From positions 2,688 through 66,687 of the forward strand of contig CAZCCG010000001.1 of NCBI GenBank assembly GCA_964497535.1: a stretch of 64,000 nucleotides of DNA. Direction: 5' to 3'. Below, one piece after another: positions 38,119-48,463 of the stretch. Numbering within the stretch: position 1 is the first letter of the stretch; each line of letters starts with the position of its first letter. The notes under the pieces were generated by a model. It worked only from the letters and a program-made list of their open reading frames with translations, was not told the origin of the DNA and did not search any database. This stretch comes from an uncultured Gammaproteobacteria bacterium (GTDB taxonomy: Bacteria > Patescibacteriota > Microgenomatia > Levybacterales > UBA12049). Position numbers and translations under genes: made by a program.

Positions 38119-39412
38119 CAACGCAGGACTGGATCAGCAATCAGCGAAACAGAACCAGCCAGAGCTTTCAGTAGTACACCCAAAAGAGCCTCCTCCCCCC
38201 CCAGAATCAGAAAAAAATGAAGGAAAGAAACTTGCTGCATTTGCACAAAGGGTGAAAAACATTGGGGGGACCGCACGAGACCGCTTAGCAGCAATAGCCT
38301 ATGAATCAGATTATAGTCCTGGAAGAGAATTCCTGCTTACACGCTTCAATCAATTTGTTGAAAGACTGCAAAGGGCTGAGAAAGAACCGCAAAAACTTGA
38401 AATGGAAACATATGGCAATATGGATGTCCTTGCCCTCTTGAGAGGAGAGTTATCAAAAGAAGATCCGACAATTCCGGAAACACAGAAACGCAAATTAATG
38501 GTTCTGCTACTCGGTGGTGGACAATCTGGCATTATTGGAGCCGGCGTTGTTCGAGCAATGGAAAAAGCTGGCGTTTTGGATACGGTAGATGGCTTCATTG
38601 GAGGATCAGCTGGATCATGTGCAATTCCCTGTATTGCAACCAGAACAACAGAACAAGGAGCGCAGATTTATCTCAAAAATGCAGAAAATAACAACTTTGT
38701 AAAATTACCAAAAGGGATACGCAACAGAGTGAAAGCACTGTGGGATTTATATCGTCATGGGTCAAAAAAAGCAGTTATCGATACAGAATTTGTTTGTAAT
38801 GAAATAAGCCAACTGGTTGATCCTAGAATTGATATGATTAAAAACTGTCATCAAGAACTCAAAGTAATTGTTATGGATACTGCTACAGGAAGACCAATGG
38901 TTGTTGATTTAAAGACACTAGAAAATCCTATGCAGGCAATACGGGGATCAACATGCGTACCAGGAGCATCAACTCTTTCTTCTGTTGAGTTGAATGGAAA
39001 ACAAGTTGCTGATGGTGCCTATGCAAAACAGATTCCTCTCCAAGAAGCTTTCCTAGAAGGAGCTACGGATGTACTGATTATTGCCAACTCACCCTTGGGA
39101 CAAGCAGGAGGAGTCTTAAGTGATTTACAAGCAATAGTAATGGCTCAAGCAGCACGAGGGTATGGATATAATAACCATGTGCGTCAAACCATTAGTGACT
39201 ATGACCAACGATGGAACGAACAATCTCGATTCGTTAATCATATTATACAAATGAATAACCCTAACCGTCGCGTTGCAGTTATGGCTCCAAAAAAAAGTGT
39301 TATTTCCCCTATCGAAGACCGAAAAGTAGTATTAGAAGATGCATTTAGTCGTGCAGAATCCTTTGGACAAGAAGTAGTAAAACCACAAAGAGCTATGGCT
39401 CAAGCAGCATAA
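38108..39412 (+). CDS. patatin-like phospholipase with ~150-aa N-terminal extension
   Basis: LLGGGQSGIIGAG (GGGxxG oxyanion loop) and GGSAGS (GxSxG). Confidence 0.6.
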   Translation: MIDNNAGLDQQSAKQNQPELSVVHPKEPPPPPESEKNEGKKLAAFAQRVKNIGGTARDRLAAIAYESDYSPGREFLLTRFNQFVERLQRAEKEPQKLEMETYGNMDVLALLRGELSKEDPTIPETQKRKLMVLLLGGGQSGIIGAGVVRAMEKAGVLDTVDGFIGGSAGSCAIPCIATRTTEQGAQIYLKNAENNNFVKLPKGIRNRVKALWDLYRHGSKKAVIDTEFVCNEISQLVDPRIDMIKNCHQELKVIVMDTATGRPMVVDLKTLENPMQAIRGSTCVPGASTLSSVELNGKQVADGAYAKQIPLQEAFLEGATDVLIIANSPLGQAGGVLSDLQAIVMAQAARGYGYNNHVRQTISDYDQRWNEQSRFVNHIIQMNNPNRRVAVMAPKKSVISPIEDRKVVLEDAFSRAESFGQEVVKPQRAMAQAA

Positions 39413-39413
39413 A

Positions 39414-40439
39414 TTACAACAGGCCCATTTTTTCTCGGACTTCTCTGACTGTTTGTTCTGCGACTGCTCGTGCTTTTTCTGCCCCCTCTGCAATAATCTG
39501 GTCTACTCTCTTTGGATCTGCTTCCAATTCTTTTCTTATCATCTGAATTGGTCGTAGATCTGTATGTATTGCTTCTGAGAGCTCTTTTTTAACATCACCA
39601 TAGCGAATACCCGTTGATTGATATTGCTTATGGAGTTCTTTCTCTTTTTCTAGTCCTTCAAATAACCGCACAAATGTCATAAGCGTTGCAATACCAGGAG
39701 CTTCTTGCCCACTTTCATTGATAAATGTAAACCTGCTATCTGTATGATGAATACTCCCCCTCCCTGAATCTGTTGGGATTTTTGCAATTTTCTCTGCAAT
39801 CGTTTTGAGTTCATCGGTCAAGTTAATATAACTTCCCTCCACACTTTTACTCATCTTCCCAACTCCGATCAGTGATGGAATATATTCTCCTTCTGTCGCA
39901 AACCGCTTGGGTTCTGGGAAGTCTGTTCCATAATCTTGATTCATCCGTCTGGCAATTTCGCGGGCAACTTCAAGATGCGGCTCCTGGTCAATACCTACCG
40001 GAACCAGTCCTGCTTTGTATACCAGAATATCTGCTGCCATCAGGACCGGATAATTGAGAAGCGCGAGCGTCGCATGATCCGGATATTGTTTGACTTTTTC
40101 TTTGAATGTCGGCAAATGCTGCATCTTGGCTATAGTAACGACTGATGACAAATAAAATGCCAATTCTATATGTTCTGGCACATCTGATTGGAGAAATAAT
40201 ACTGACTTTTGCGGATCAAGACCTGCTGCAAGATAATCAATAATTACTTCTCGTCTATTCCGGCGAAGTTCATCAATATTATAAGGAGTAGTCACCGCAT
40301 GAACATCTGCAACCATATAAAAGGTTTCATATGTTGGATCATCTTGTAACGCAAGCATGCCTTTGAGAGCACCAAGATAATTACCAAGATGTAATCTCCC
40401 GGTTGCTCGAATACCCGATAATACTCTTTTTTTATTCAT
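39414..40439 (-). CDS. trpS: tryptophan--tRNA ligase
   Basis: GIRATGRLHLGNYLG (HIGH-like) and KMSKS motifs. Confidence 0.9.
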   Translation of the reverse strand: MNKKRVLSGIRATGRLHLGNYLGALKGMLALQDDPTYETFYMVADVHAVTTPYNIDELRRNRREVIIDYLAAGLDPQKSVLFLQSDVPEHIELAFYLSSVVTIAKMQHLPTFKEKVKQYPDHATLALLNYPVLMAADILVYKAGLVPVGIDQEPHLEVAREIARRMNQDYGTDFPEPKRFATEGEYIPSLIGVGKMSKSVEGSYINLTDELKTIAEKIAKIPTDSGRGSIHHTDSRFTFINESGQEAPGIATLMTFVRLFEGLEKEKELHKQYQSTGIRYGDVKKELSEAIHTDLRPIQMIRKELEADPKRVDQIIAEGAEKARAVAEQTVREVREKMGLL

Positions 40440-40540
40440 AATTTTTGACCCCTGAGCAGATTCGAAGGACTCCTTTAGTGTAACACAAGCATTATAACTC
40501 TAGATGAGAATAGATGCTATATAAGATAGCCAAATTATAT

Positions 40541-40876
40541 TTAGCCTTGATTTTTTATGGTTTGAGGAGCAATAAATACTACTTTACGGAGTGGCATTTC
40601 ACAAATTCCTTCTTGTACGAGCTGCCCTACCACCTCGGCTTCTGGCTCATTTCCGCGTCTGCAAATCCCACGCAGTTCTACCCCAGGTACATTATGATAG
40701 ATTCCCTGTTCATCTTTACTAACATGATTTCGTGCATCAAAGGTAATTGGTCCAACGTAGACATTATCTACTGCTCTAAGCACCTCACGGGCGCGAGCTT
40801 CGTCTTCATCCCGGCAAACGAATTTAAACAACGTTATATCTGTAATCTCTCCTTCTTTCATATGGTTCACCATCAA
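40541..40876 (-). CDS. hypothetical protein
   Basis: 111-aa ORF; no family recognised. Confidence 0.4.
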   Translation of the reverse strand: MMVNHMKEGEITDITLFKFVCRDEDEARAREVLRAVDNVYVGPITFDARNHVSKDEQGIYHNVPGVELRGICRRGNEPEAEVVGQLVQEGICEMPLRKVVFIAPQTIKNQG

Positions 40877-40904
40877 TCTTTCCCAAAATTCAGGTGAGAT
40901 TCTA

Positions 40905-40930
40905 CAAAAAAACCTCTCAGCAGAGAGGTC
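40905..40930 (-). terminator. intrinsic terminator downstream of tgt
   Basis: ACCTCTC-agcag-GAGAGGT, with a T7 run on the minus strand. Confidence 0.65.
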
Positions 40931-41055
40931 TATGTATTATTCTAGCAAATCCTTCCCTGACGGGTTGGGTGTAGCACCGTGCCCTTGGCCGGTTGCTGGA
41001 TGGATCATCGAGCCAATACTCTCCCCATCTCTCACGATTTATTTAATTAATCCTA

Positions 41056-42324
41056 TTATACAAAAATCCATTGATTTTTCAAGTCGTTAAAGTTTCCCTC
41101 ACCAATTGCAGTTCTTATTTGTTCCATCAGATGGGTTAGGAAATATACATTGTGGTATGTTGCCAACCGATATGCCAATAGTTCCTGCGCTTTAAACAAA
41201 TGAGAAATATATGCGCGAGTAAAATGCTGGCAGGTATAACATTGACAACCAGGATCAATTGGCTCATTGCTTGTAGTATAAGGCGCATTGGTAATTTGCA
41301 TCGTAAAACCCTGCTTAAGAGAACCACCATTTTTTGGAGAGATATACATGTTTCCATGTCGGGCACGGCGTGTTGCTGCTACGCAATCAAATAAGTCTAT
41401 TCCCCGCTCTACTGCTTCAAACATATCGACAATTTCCCCTATACCCAGCAGATGCCGTGGTTTATCCTCTGAGAAATAGGGAACAGTCCATTCCAAAACC
41501 TGGTATAACCGTTCTTTTGTACTATATGAACCGCCAATTGAGATAGCATCAAAATGCTTGTCGGTGAATTGCGCTGATTCCTTTCTAAGATCTTCAAACA
41601 ACCCTCCATGAACTACTCCGTACATTAATTGATCCCTCCGTTTATGAACTTTCAAACTTTCAAGCCCCCACCGATTGGATCGTTCTAAAGAAAATTGTGT
41701 TTGCTCATGACCCCACAGCGGCGATTCATGGTCATCAAAAGCAACGATTAAATCTGCTCCTAATTTCTCCTGCATTTCTATTGAAGACTTTGGATCAAGA
41801 CGATGTTTGCTCCCATCCAGATGAGAATAAAATGTTACCCCATCGTGATCTATAACTGCCGGATTAATCCGCTGTGTTTTATGCATCCTAACTTCTTCAA
41901 TAGAATGCTCACTCTCGTCATTCTTTTTTCTACTTTTTTCTACTTCTTTTACTATTTCTACTTTTGTATTTACCTCTGTGAACTTCGTCAATTTCTCAGT
42001 TCCTTCTTGCGCAACTCCGAGTGAAAAGACCTGGTAGCCACCGCTATCTGTCATGATTGGTCCTTGCCAATTCATAAATGTGTGGAGACCCCCCATCTTG
42101 GCAACAGTGTCAACACCCGGACGAAGCATCAGATGATACGTATTTGCTAGTACCATCTGAACCCCGATATCCGTAAGTTCATGCGGAGAAAGGGTTTTAA
42201 CAGTTGCTTGTGTGCCAACAGGGTTAAACGTCGGAGTCAATACATCCCCATGTGGAGTTGTCAGTTTTCCAACACGAGCTTTACTCTGAGAATCTTTTTG
42301 AAGAACGTGGAACCATTTTTGCAT
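41056..42324 (-). CDS. tgt: queuine tRNA-ribosyltransferase with K/E-rich insertion
   Basis: Tgt N-terminus, catalytic Asp region, zinc site CQCYTCQHF...H. Confidence 0.9.
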   Translation of the reverse strand: MQKWFHVLQKDSQSKARVGKLTTPHGDVLTPTFNPVGTQATVKTLSPHELTDIGVQMVLANTYHLMLRPGVDTVAKMGGLHTFMNWQGPIMTDSGGYQVFSLGVAQEGTEKLTKFTEVNTKVEIVKEVEKSRKKNDESEHSIEEVRMHKTQRINPAVIDHDGVTFYSHLDGSKHRLDPKSSIEMQEKLGADLIVAFDDHESPLWGHEQTQFSLERSNRWGLESLKVHKRRDQLMYGVVHGGLFEDLRKESAQFTDKHFDAISIGGSYSTKERLYQVLEWTVPYFSEDKPRHLLGIGEIVDMFEAVERGIDLFDCVAATRRARHGNMYISPKNGGSLKQGFTMQITNAPYTTSNEPIDPGCQCYTCQHFTRAYISHLFKAQELLAYRLATYHNVYFLTHLMEQIRTAIGEGNFNDLKNQWIFV

Positions 42325-42403
42325 TTGGCAATTATATCAAACTATGCCTGTGAGGATTTTAGGGAGCTGGGGAGGAGTTTTCTCCCCAGCCGGTAATGTG
42401 ATG

Positions 42404-42919
42404 CTACGTAGAAGCTCTGGATGCGCTGTTGGCTTCCATGATCGTGCGAATTTCTTGATCATAGAACGCCTTCAAGACTACCGGAGCCTCGGAAAGATAG
42501 TATGTACGCGGTGTCGAAACAGCCAAAGCTCCGGACTCCTGCTGAAGAATCGGGAGCATATAGACAGGCTCCTTCAACAACACCCTTACTATTGGTATAT
42601 TTGCCAGTTGGCAAATAATCTCTCCAATACCAGGGTACGTTCTCCTCCCATGGATATAGATGGTCAGCTCAGGCGTATAAACGAGTGTCTGTCCCTCTAT
42701 GCTCAGATTCCAGGTAACCTTCACCCCACTTTGTGGATTGATCCAAATCGATTGATCCTTTCCGGATATGCATACGTGCACTTGCTCGGATTTACTTCCC
42801 CTAATAAGAACCAACCTATCAGTTGCAGCAACGAGCTCCTCGATTTGCCTCATGCCCAGCTGTATATCTGCAGGCATATGCTTGTGTACAAACTCCTCGA
42901 GTGCACCACCACAAAGCAT
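42404..42919 (-). CDS. hypothetical protein, higher-GC block
   Basis: 171 aa with balanced composition. The opposite-strand ORF 42344-42937 looks antisense-like. Confidence 0.4.
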   Translation of the reverse strand: MLCGGALEEFVHKHMPADIQLGMRQIEELVAATDRLVLIRGSKSEQVHVCISGKDQSIWINPQSGVKVTWNLSIEGQTLVYTPELTIYIHGRRTYPGIGEIICQLANIPIVRVLLKEPVYMLPILQQESGALAVSTPRTYYLSEAPVVLKAFYDQEIRTIMEANSASRAST

Positions 42920-43005
42920 GACTTATACTCCTTGTAGCTATTGTGTTGTACTCCGCCGTCTGCGAAGTTACGCTGAAGTATAATGATAAGAAATTATATT
43001 GTCAA

Positions 43006-44406
43006 TTATTCCTGAGGTGAATACTGAAGATTGAGGACTTCTTTTTTGAATTCAACTCCGCGCTCTTTGTAGTTTTTGAACATATCAAAGCTGGTACAGG
43101 CAGGACTGAGGAGCACCACATCGCCTGATTCTGCTATATCATAAGCATCCAATACAATCTCTTTCATGCTTTTGGCACCTTCTATTACCTGGATTCGGGA
43201 GGGAATATAGCCGATTGCTTCTTTAATTGTTGGCCACTCCAATCCTACTCCGATGATGGCTTTGATATTGAGTTGGGAATGAATCAGCTCTGCCAGACCC
43301 CTAAAGTCGCTTTTCTTGCTTGCCCCCCCTAAAATCAAAATCTCAGGCTCTGTGAAGGCCTCTATTGCTGCCATTGCCGTCTCAGGAGTTGTCGAGAAGG
43401 AATCATCATAATATCTCGCACCATTGACTTGGGCGACCAGTTCCAGCCGATGTTCAAGCCCTTTAAAGGAACGCAGGACCGAAACAATGGTGTTTTTGGA
43501 AACACCTACCAGTGTTGCAGCCATAGTTGCTGCGCAAACATTTTCCAGATTATGCCCTCCCGGAAGCAAAATTTCTTCAATTGGAAGAATGGAATCCTGT
43601 TTGCCATCTCTATTGACTACCACTGTCTTATCTTTTATAAAACAGCCTTGCTCTAGTTCCCTCTCCCGGCTGACATAGTAAACTTGACCTTGGGTGTAAA
43701 TATCCGATTCGTTTGCAGCGGGATAATCGCGATTAATAACAGCAAAATCGTCGGGAGTTTGGAACCGCAAGATGTTACGCTTGGCATCGATATACTCTTC
43801 TACTGTTTCGTGGTAGTTGCCTTTGTGGAAATCTTCCAGGTGTTCTTGGGTCACCATCAGCATTACGGCAATCTGGGGACTGAGAGTGACATCTTGGAGC
43901 TGAAAACTGGAGAGTTCCAAAACAACAATTGATCGATCATCTAATGTGTCCAAAAACTCGAAAGGAGGCCGTCCAATATTGCCACCCAAATAGGCTTTTT
44001 TTGCGTCAAGCTTGAGCATTTCGTAGATTAACGATGACGTTGTTCCCTTTCCTTTTGTGCCCGTAACACCAATAATTGGGCACGGACAAAGCTCGAAAAA
44101 AAGCTGAGTCTGGGAAGTTATCTCCACTCCCTGCTTTTTAGCCTCAACAAATTCGTTACCAAGCTTCACTCCGGGGCTTCGCAGAACTAGATCAAACTCT
44201 GTCAGATGCTCCAAATAGTCTTCCCCACCCACTAGCTTAATAGCTGTATATCCTAATCTCTTTACATCTTCTTCTAGTTCCTCGGGTGATCGTCTATCCA
44301 GTACAGTAACATCGGCTCCCTGCTTCAAAAGATAGTCAACCGAAGCTTTTCCTTCCACCCCAAATCCAACTATTGCTACTTTTTTCCCTTTAAAATCTCG
44401 TTTCAT
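43006..44406 (-). CDS. murD: UDP-N-acetylmuramoylalanine--D-glutamate ligase
   Basis: KVAIVGFGVEGKA N-terminus and GVTGTKGKGTT P-loop. Confidence 0.9.
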   Translation of the reverse strand: MKRDFKGKKVAIVGFGVEGKASVDYLLKQGADVTVLDRRSPEELEEDVKRLGYTAIKLVGGEDYLEHLTEFDLVLRSPGVKLGNEFVEAKKQGVEITSQTQLFFELCPCPIIGVTGTKGKGTTSSLIYEMLKLDAKKAYLGGNIGRPPFEFLDTLDDRSIVVLELSSFQLQDVTLSPQIAVMLMVTQEHLEDFHKGNYHETVEEYIDAKRNILRFQTPDDFAVINRDYPAANESDIYTQGQVYYVSRERELEQGCFIKDKTVVVNRDGKQDSILPIEEILLPGGHNLENVCAATMAATLVGVSKNTIVSVLRSFKGLEHRLELVAQVNGARYYDDSFSTTPETAMAAIEAFTEPEILILGGASKKSDFRGLAELIHSQLNIKAIIGVGLEWPTIKEAIGYIPSRIQVIEGAKSMKEIVLDAYDIAESGDVVLLSPACTSFDMFKNYKERGVEFKKEVLNLQYSPQE

Positions 44407-45206
44407 AGTTCTATAGAAGAAACTTCTTGTATCTTACTATCCAAGAGCTTTGGAAGCAACTGATGGATACGCTTCTCAAAGACATCTTTGTCTCCTGTAG
44501 TATAAAAAGTATAGTGAGGGTGTTCTTCCGTTCTAAGCTCATTTCGTGTTTCTAGTATGCGCTTCACCTGCCTGCCAATTGCAGCACCTGAATCAAGAAT
44601 CTGAACATCTGAACCCAAAACACGCTGAATACTGTCTCGCAGAAACGGGAAATGAGTGCAGCCTAAGGCAATAACATCTACATTTTTTCTAATCAAGGGT
44701 GCTAAGACGCCTACAAGAGTCGCTTCAAGTACCGCACCGTTGAGTTCTCCCCGCTCTACAAACGGCACGAGTTCATCAGTCCCTACTGTTATGACCTCAG
44801 AACCCTTGGCAAATTGCTCAATAAGACGCTGTTGATACTTGCTTTTGGCAGTGCCTACGGTTGAAAGAATACCGATCTTTTTGTTGTGAGTCACTCTTGC
44901 TGCTGTTTTAACAACCGGAACTGTACCAACGAGTGGAATATCTGGAAAGTCACGACGCAACCTTTCAAGGGAAGTAGTACTTGCAGTATTACATGCTATG
45001 ACAATGAGTTTCACCTGTTTTGTACGCAAAAAGGAAATAATACCTTTGGATAAGGCATAAATCTGCTCATCTGTCTTATTGCCATAGGGAGCATGTGCCC
45101 AATCGCCTACATAGATTATTGATTCCTGCGGTAATAGATTTTTGATTTCTTCCAAAACTGATAGTCCTCCCACGCCTGAATCAAATATACCAATTTGGTG
45201 CTGCAT
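44403..45206 (-). CDS. murI: glutamate racemase
   Basis: IGIFDSGVGGLSV and IACNTAST motifs. Confidence 0.9.
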   Translation of the reverse strand: MQHQIGIFDSGVGGLSVLEEIKNLLPQESIIYVGDWAHAPYGNKTDEQIYALSKGIISFLRTKQVKLIVIACNTASTTSLERLRRDFPDIPLVGTVPVVKTAARVTHNKKIGILSTVGTAKSKYQQRLIEQFAKGSEVITVGTDELVPFVERGELNGAVLEATLVGVLAPLIRKNVDVIALGCTHFPFLRDSIQRVLGSDVQILDSGAAIGRQVKRILETRNELRTEEHPHYTFYTTGDKDVFEKRIHQLLPKLLDSKIQEVSSIEL

Positions 45207-45302
45207 ACTCTTATTCTACCCTATCCATGCCACAACAGACTCCTGTTGAGTTTGACCAAAGCTAATTCAGTTGGTATAATGGCTTTCTAACATGCGGGGA
45301 AG

Positions 45303-45372
45303 TGTAGTGGTGCACAAAGGGCTCATAATCCTTTAGGCTAGGTTCGACTCTTAGCCCCGCAACTCAGGTCAT
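45303..45372 (+). tRNA. tRNA-Met (anticodon CAT); elongator, initiator or tRNA-Ile2 cannot be distinguished
   Basis: Hand-folded cloverleaf. 7-bp acceptor TGCGGGG/CCCCGCA, anticodon loop CTCATAA, T-loop TTCGACT, no encoded CCA. Confidence 0.7.
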
Positions 45373-45390
45373 TAAAGAAAAAAACCACTT

Positions 45391-45418
45391 TAGGTGGTTT
45401 TTTGTTGGAAAAATATCT
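45391..45418 (+). terminator. intrinsic terminator after tRNA-Met
   Basis: aaaaccactttaggtggtttttt. Confidence 0.65.
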
Positions 45419-45610
45419 ACCCAACCACAAAATAAAGCTACTTATAATAAACAAGTAGCTTTATTGCAAATAATAGACCATATTTTATTTCTACTCTCTT
45501 TTTTTTAACATTGGGTAAGAATCCTTGTATGCTTGCGTAAGAAAATACCCAAGTAGCCCCATATGGCTTGACAAATATAGGCCTAGAGTGATACACTTAT
45601 CTTTTCTGAT

Positions 45611-46393
45611 ATGCAAAACCCCCGAATAGTTGTTATTGCCGACTATGGTACCGGTGACCCGGCTTTTACCGAAGTAGTACTGCAGCTTGGCAAGCTTATT
45701 CCGCAGGCTACCATTCTTCCCCAATCCACTCCCCCTTTTAGTACGGTAAATACCGGTTTCTGGATCTATCAACTGGCCTTAACCAAAGACCTTAAAAATA
45801 CCTATATTTTTTCCAATACCGCTCCCCGCAAAGACGATACGAATGCACAAACCAACAACAAGGGAGAAAAACTCATGTATGCCAAGCTTACGAACGGATT
45901 TGAAATAATGGCAGTAAATGCCGGTTTTGTATTTTCTTTTGTAAAACCGTATATTGCGGAGTTTAAACAGGTTGAAGTAGCCAATGAAGGGTCACAATTC
46001 CGATCCCGGGATTTCTACCCTACCGCTGTTGCCCAAATGGTAGCACAAAACCCCGTATACCAGGGTCAAACGTGCAATCTAGGGGATATTCCTCATGTTC
46101 CCCAAAGTGTTATTGCTTCTATAGATGGATATGGCAATATAAAGACCACGATCCGAAGCTCAACAATAGCTCTTACTCCAGGACAGCATGTCCAAGTTGC
46201 TATCGGCTCACATATCCAAGAGGCAATCTACACAGATGGAGTCTTTAATATTGCAGCCGGACAATTGGCTTTTGCTCCCGGCTCCTCAGGACATGATGAT
46301 AAATTTATGGAGTTATTTGTACGGGGAAAAAGCGCTTACAAGCTATTTGAAGGGCCTTCTGTCGAACAGGAAATCAAGATAACTCCCCGTTAA
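45611..46393 (+). CDS. hypothetical protein; weak resemblance to SAM hydroxide adenosyltransferase (DUF62) N-domain
   Basis: IVVIADYGTGDPAF..EV..L pattern resembles the TDFG..DPYV start of DUF62. The rest was not checked. Confidence 0.35.
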   Translation: MQNPRIVVIADYGTGDPAFTEVVLQLGKLIPQATILPQSTPPFSTVNTGFWIYQLALTKDLKNTYIFSNTAPRKDDTNAQTNNKGEKLMYAKLTNGFEIMAVNAGFVFSFVKPYIAEFKQVEVANEGSQFRSRDFYPTAVAQMVAQNPVYQGQTCNLGDIPHVPQSVIASIDGYGNIKTTIRSSTIALTPGQHVQVAIGSHIQEAIYTDGVFNIAAGQLAFAPGSSGHDDKFMELFVRGKSAYKLFEGPSVEQEIKITPR

Positions 46394-46740
46394 TTACCGA
46401 AAAAAAGCGTCGCCCACTGTTGCCAGACCGGCACATTGGGATCAGATCCCTTCAGATCAATGCTATCCCCCGACGGTGTTGCCACCGGCAGTAAAATTTC
46501 TTCCTCATTAGGTTTGATCAAAAGAAGCTTATTACGCGCCTGTTCTTCGATAAAATGAGGAGTTTGTGCATAAGAAATCTGTGCTTTGAGCCTCATGTTG
46601 TCTTGTTTTTGGAAATCAAGCTGCTTTTGGGCCTCAATAACTAAATTCTTCTTTTGCCAGAGGGTTATAATAGAACTAATTAGACTATTGCTGATAATAA
46701 GTGCCGCAATTAGGAGAAGAAAAAACAGTACTTTTTTCAT
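46390..46740 (-). CDS. FtsB/DivIC-like septum formation initiator
   Basis: N-terminal TM helix, coiled coil, EEQARNKLLLIKPNE motif. Confidence 0.6.
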   Translation of the reverse strand: MKKVLFFLLLIAALIISNSLISSIITLWQKKNLVIEAQKQLDFQKQDNMRLKAQISYAQTPHFIEEQARNKLLLIKPNEEEILLPVATPSGDSIDLKGSDPNVPVWQQWATLFFGN

Positions 46741-46825
46741 AGGATTTTCACATTCAGCTATTTAGCCTCTAGATATTTCCAAAAACATATGTTACAATAC
46801 ATTCTATTATAGGACTAGAGCTACT

Positions 46826-47686
46826 ATGAAGCAAATCGGATTACGGGATGCCCACCATGCATTTAAAGATTTTTTAAAGGAAAAAAAGCACTCAACATCT
46901 ACCATTGTAGCATATGGCAAAGACATCGAGCAGCTTGTTTCTTTTTTGGGTGAACTTGAAAAACATCAGGTTCATGAAGTGTCCAGAGAAGACCTGGAAG
47001 CTTTTTTGGGCAAACTTTCTGGAGAAGGCTATACTCCAAAGTCACTTTCCCGCAAAATTAACTCAACTCGAACCTTTTATCGATTCCTCAAGGTAAACGA
47101 ATACCTTACCGACGACCCGTCACTTCTGATCGAACATCCTAAATATGAACTTACTCCCCCACGAATTCTGACCCCAACCGAATATAGAGCACTCCGAGAC
47201 GCAGCCCGCAATGATCCCAGAATGTTTGCTATTATTGAGCTGTTACTCCAAACCGGAATCAGAATTGGAGAATTGGCTAATTTAAGAATGTCAGATATCC
47301 AAAAAGATATGCTGCGCATCCGACCCTACGAAAAACATGAAGAAAGAACAGTTCCTCTCAACAGATCAGCCAAAGAAGCCCTCACTAGATACCTCTCTAT
47401 CCGCCCGGAAGTCAAAGAAGAAAGAATTTTTGTCACCAAATCAGGCAAACCGTTTTTGGTCAGAAACATCAGAACCGCAGTAGAACGATATTTCCGACTT
47501 GCTGAGATCAAAACAGCCAAGGTAAATGATCTACGACACACCTTTGTCGCCCATCACTTGAAACATGGAGTATCCCTTATCCTTCTCTCAAAGATACTCG
47601 GACACAAGAGACTTTCTACCACTGAACGATATCTCGAATACGTGAAAGATAGGGCTAAAGAAACCGCTACATTAACAGAATTATAA
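46826..47686 (+). CDS. tyrosine recombinase (XerC/XerD-like phage-integrase family)
   Basis: N-terminal SAM-like core-binding domain. C-terminal R...HxxR...Y: LRHTFVAHHL...LGHKRLSTTERY. Confidence 0.8.
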   Translation: MKQIGLRDAHHAFKDFLKEKKHSTSTIVAYGKDIEQLVSFLGELEKHQVHEVSREDLEAFLGKLSGEGYTPKSLSRKINSTRTFYRFLKVNEYLTDDPSLLIEHPKYELTPPRILTPTEYRALRDAARNDPRMFAIIELLLQTGIRIGELANLRMSDIQKDMLRIRPYEKHEERTVPLNRSAKEALTRYLSIRPEVKEERIFVTKSGKPFLVRNIRTAVERYFRLAEIKTAKVNDLRHTFVAHHLKHGVSLILLSKILGHKRLSTTERYLEYVKDRAKETATLTEL

Positions 47687-47729
47687 TTTTTATAATAGTT
47701 ATAAAGATTATAACTATTATATCCTTCCC

Positions 47730-48443
47730 CTACGGCAATAAAATCCTGATGAAGTTCTCAGCGTAGGTATACCCTTTTTGCTTGCCAATATCCATTGCTC
47801 GATTCCTTACTCGCTCTTCTATTTTTTTAAAGTCCTCAAACTGGCTTTTGTGTCGACGTAGTGTTTCAATTTTCTTCTCCATAGTATGGGTAATATCCAC
47901 AACCGTATCTATCTTTTCAAAGCTGGTGAGCCATAATTCTTTTACTTTGTGCGGCTTAAGGCCTTCTTTCTCATGTTCCAAGAAAGTGAGTCGGTCTCGA
48001 GCCAGTGGAAATACCGCATCGAGTGTTGCCAAGGCAGCTGCCCGATGGTCAGTGTGATTCACCATACCGCTGCCTGAAAGCAGTGAATTTGTCGAATAAT
48101 AGTAGGTCGGATCCATAGTCATGACGATATCTGGTTTCAAGGTTCGGATCAGCCGTACGATTTCTTCTTTGAGTACCTGATCAGCAACCAGTTCTGTATC
48201 AGGATGGGTCAGAAAAAAACACTGTTTGACGCCTAATACTTTATTTGCATCTTTCTGTTCTTGTTGCCGTAGCGTAATCAGCTTCTGATGAGTCATATGA
48301 GGATCTGAAGAACCCTTGGAACCGTTTGTACATAAAAGATAATATGCAGTTGCTCCCTCCCCGATCCATTTGGCAATCGTCCCTGACGCGCCAAAATCAG
48401 TATCATCCGGATGCGCACCAACCGCCAAAATTACTTTATTCAT
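47730..48443 (-). CDS. PIG-L/LmbE-family N-acetylglucosaminyl deacetylase
   Basis: ILAVGAHPDDTDFGASGT motif. Confidence 0.8.
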   Translation of the reverse strand: MNKVILAVGAHPDDTDFGASGTIAKWIGEGATAYYLLCTNGSKGSSDPHMTHQKLITLRQQEQKDANKVLGVKQCFFLTHPDTELVADQVLKEEIVRLIRTLKPDIVMTMDPTYYYSTNSLLSGSGMVNHTDHRAAALATLDAVFPLARDRLTFLEHEKEGLKPHKVKELWLTSFEKIDTVVDITHTMEKKIETLRRHKSQFEDFKKIEERVRNRAMDIGKQKGYTYAENFIRILLP

Positions 48444-48463
48444 AGTATCTCTTCTCTCAACTG

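Noticed and set aside
42344-42937. 197-aa plus-strand ORF overlapping 42404-42919
   Set aside because: C/R/S/L-rich antisense-like composition. The minus-strand product looks protein-like and is co-oriented with tgt.
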